A stretch of 63,203 nt of DNA, the filler included, from Octopus bimaculoides (lineage: Eukaryota), in assembly GCF_001194135.2 (NCBI RefSeq). It is 5 parts of 5 records of this genome, joined end to end, with 100 filler letters (N's around TTAATTAATTAA, not from the genome) between each part and the next. Parts side by side here need not be neighbours in the genome. Positions count along the whole stretch, not along the records: positions 61,008 to 63,203 come from NW_026439381.1; 4 more parts are not named here. One strand, 5' to 3'. The notes below the pieces were generated by a model. That model had not been told where the DNA came from. It made no database searches and saw only the letters and a list, made by a program, of their open reading frames with translations. Shown piece after piece: positions 61,714-63,203 of the stretch (position 1 is the first letter of the stretch; each line of letters starts with the position of its first letter). A program made the translations under genes and the position numbers.

Positions 61714-62494
61714 ACTTTCTAATTATCGCACAAAACTGGTAGTTTTGTTTGAGGGGAGAGATGTAGTCGATGCCATGAACATCAATACATGTCTAGTAAT
61801 TTATTTTATCGACACCCGAAAGGATGAAAGGCAAAGGTGACCTCGACCTGTATTNNNNNNNNNNNNNNNNNNNNNNNNNNNNNNNNNNNNNNNNNNNNNN
61901 NNNNNNNNNNNNNNNNNNNNNNNNNNNNNNNNNNNNNNNNNNNNNNNNNNNNNNNNNNNNNNNNNNNNNNNNNNNNNNNNNNNNNNNNNNNNNNNNNNNN
62001 NNNNNNNNNNNNNNNNNNNNNNNNNNNNNNNNNNNNNNNNNNNNNNNNNNNNNNNNNNNNNNNNNNNNNNNNNNNNNNNNNNNNNNNNNNNNNNNNNNNN
62101 NNNNNNNNNNNNNNNNNNNNNNNNNNNNNNNNNNNNNNNNNNNNNNNNNNNNNNNNNNNNNNNNNNNNNNNNNNNNNNNNNNNNNNNNNNNNNNNNNNNN
62201 NNNNNNNNNNNNNNNNNNNNNNNNNNNNNNNNNNNNNNNNNNNNNNNNNNNNNNNNNNNNNNNNNNNNNNNNNNNNNNNNNNNNNNNNNNNNNNNNNNNN
62301 NNNNNNNNNNNNNNNNNNNNNNNNNNNNNNNNNNNNNNNNNNNNNNNNNNNNNNNNNNNNNNNNNNNNNNNNNNNNNNNNNNNNNNNNNNNNNNNNNNNN
62401 NNNNNNNNNNNNNNNNNNNNNNNNNNNNNNNNNNNNNNNNNNNNNNNNNNNNNNNNNNNNNNNNNNNNNNNNNNNNNNNNNNNNNNNNNNNNNN

Positions 62495-62645
62495 GCAAAG
62501 TCGACTTTTAAATTCCGCCGAGGTCGACTTTGCCTTTCATCCTTTCGGTGCCGATAAATTAAGTACCAGTTGTGTATTGGGGTCGATCTAATCGACTGCC
62601 CCGCCTCCCCCAAAATTTCGGGCCTTGTGCCTAGAGTAGAAAAAA
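62495..62645 (+). mobile_element. SINE family C, young CpG-intact 3' part
   Basis: AAATTCCGCCGAGGTCGACTTTGCC...TTCGGGCCTTGTGCCTAGAGTAGAAAA. Confidence 0.88.
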
Positions 62646-62689
62646 AAAATAATAATAATAATTTTCAACTAGCAATAACCACGCCTTGG

Positions 62690-62752
<63 letters not shown>

Positions 62753-62756
62753 TTGG

Positions 62757-62866
62757 TCGGCCCGAGGCTACAGTAGAAGGCACTTGCCCTAGGTGCCACG
62801 CAGTGGGAATGAACTCGGAACCATGTGGCTGGTAAGCAAGCTACTTACCACACAGCTATTCCTGCG
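62757..62866 (-). mobile_element. SINE family A head
   Basis: Matches 10905-11019. Confidence 0.85.
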
Positions 62867-62904
62867 GCCCTATGTATATATTTACACTTATATAAACACA
62901 CAAC

Positions 62905-63180
62905 ATATGTATAGTGAAAGTGCGTAGCTCAGTGGTTAGGTATTCGGCTCACGATCATAAAGATAGCAGGTGACGCGTTCTGTCCTTGGGCAAGACACTT
63001 TATTTTATGTTGCTTTAGTCCTCTGAATTGGCAGAAATGAGTTGGACTTATAATTCAAAGGGACAGCATTGTTACATTCTGTATCACACTGAATCTCTGT
63101 GAGAACTACGTTAAGGATGCGTATTGTCTGTGGAGTGCTCAGCCACTTGCACGTTAATTTGTTCTGTTGATTGAGTCAAC
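62905..63180 (+). mobile_element. SINE sharing the family D tail but with a different head/middle
   Basis: GCGTAGCTCAGTGGTTAGGG head, GTCCTTGGGCAAGACAC, then AATTCAAAGGG...GTGGAGTGCTCAGCCACTTGCACGTTAATTT as in 43845-44000. Confidence 0.8.
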
Positions 63181-63203
63181 ACACACACACACACACACAC
63201 ACA

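Noticed and set aside
207-62613. Most ORF-track ORFs (poly-[13 protein letters not shown], poly-I/V/H/Q)
   Set aside because: They run through N gaps or microsatellites and have no splice context or domain.

Overview
AT-rich, microsatellite- and gap-rich animal genomic DNA. The SINE families and repeat landscape suggest an octopod cephalopod, probably Octopus (inference, not database-checked). Four artificial 100-bp linkers (N44-TTAATTAATTAA-N44) split the window into five segments that may not be adjacent in vivo. There is one protein-coding gene, on the + strand: a 10-coding-exon, 520-aa cell-surface NTPDase/ecto-apyrase (CD39/ENTPD1-2-3-8 group) at 36627-55020. It has all five apyrase conserved regions, two TM helices and canonical GT-AG junctions with consistent phases. 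The rest is four tRNA-derived SINE families, fragments of R4/Dong-like and other REL-type LINEs, Penelope-like elements (PLEs), mariner/piggyBac/Helentron-type non-autonomous elements, minisatellites and microsatellites. Most interesting: (1) a ~520-bp near-perfect palindrome at 61020-61541 with a minimal type I hammerhead ribozyme fold in each arm, one with an intact core, plus several decayed hammerhead-like cores elsewhere; (2) an NTPDase that begins MGCCGS (dual-acylation consensus) and lacks the first conserved ectodomain disulfide; (3) many fold-backs and inverted SINE pairs in the NTPDase introns; (4) a dense CLEAR/E-box/X-box motif cluster at the window start. Repeat coordinates were read by eye and are approximate to about 10 bp; exon coordinates were counted exactly. 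No CRISPR, rRNA or bona fide tRNA was found.
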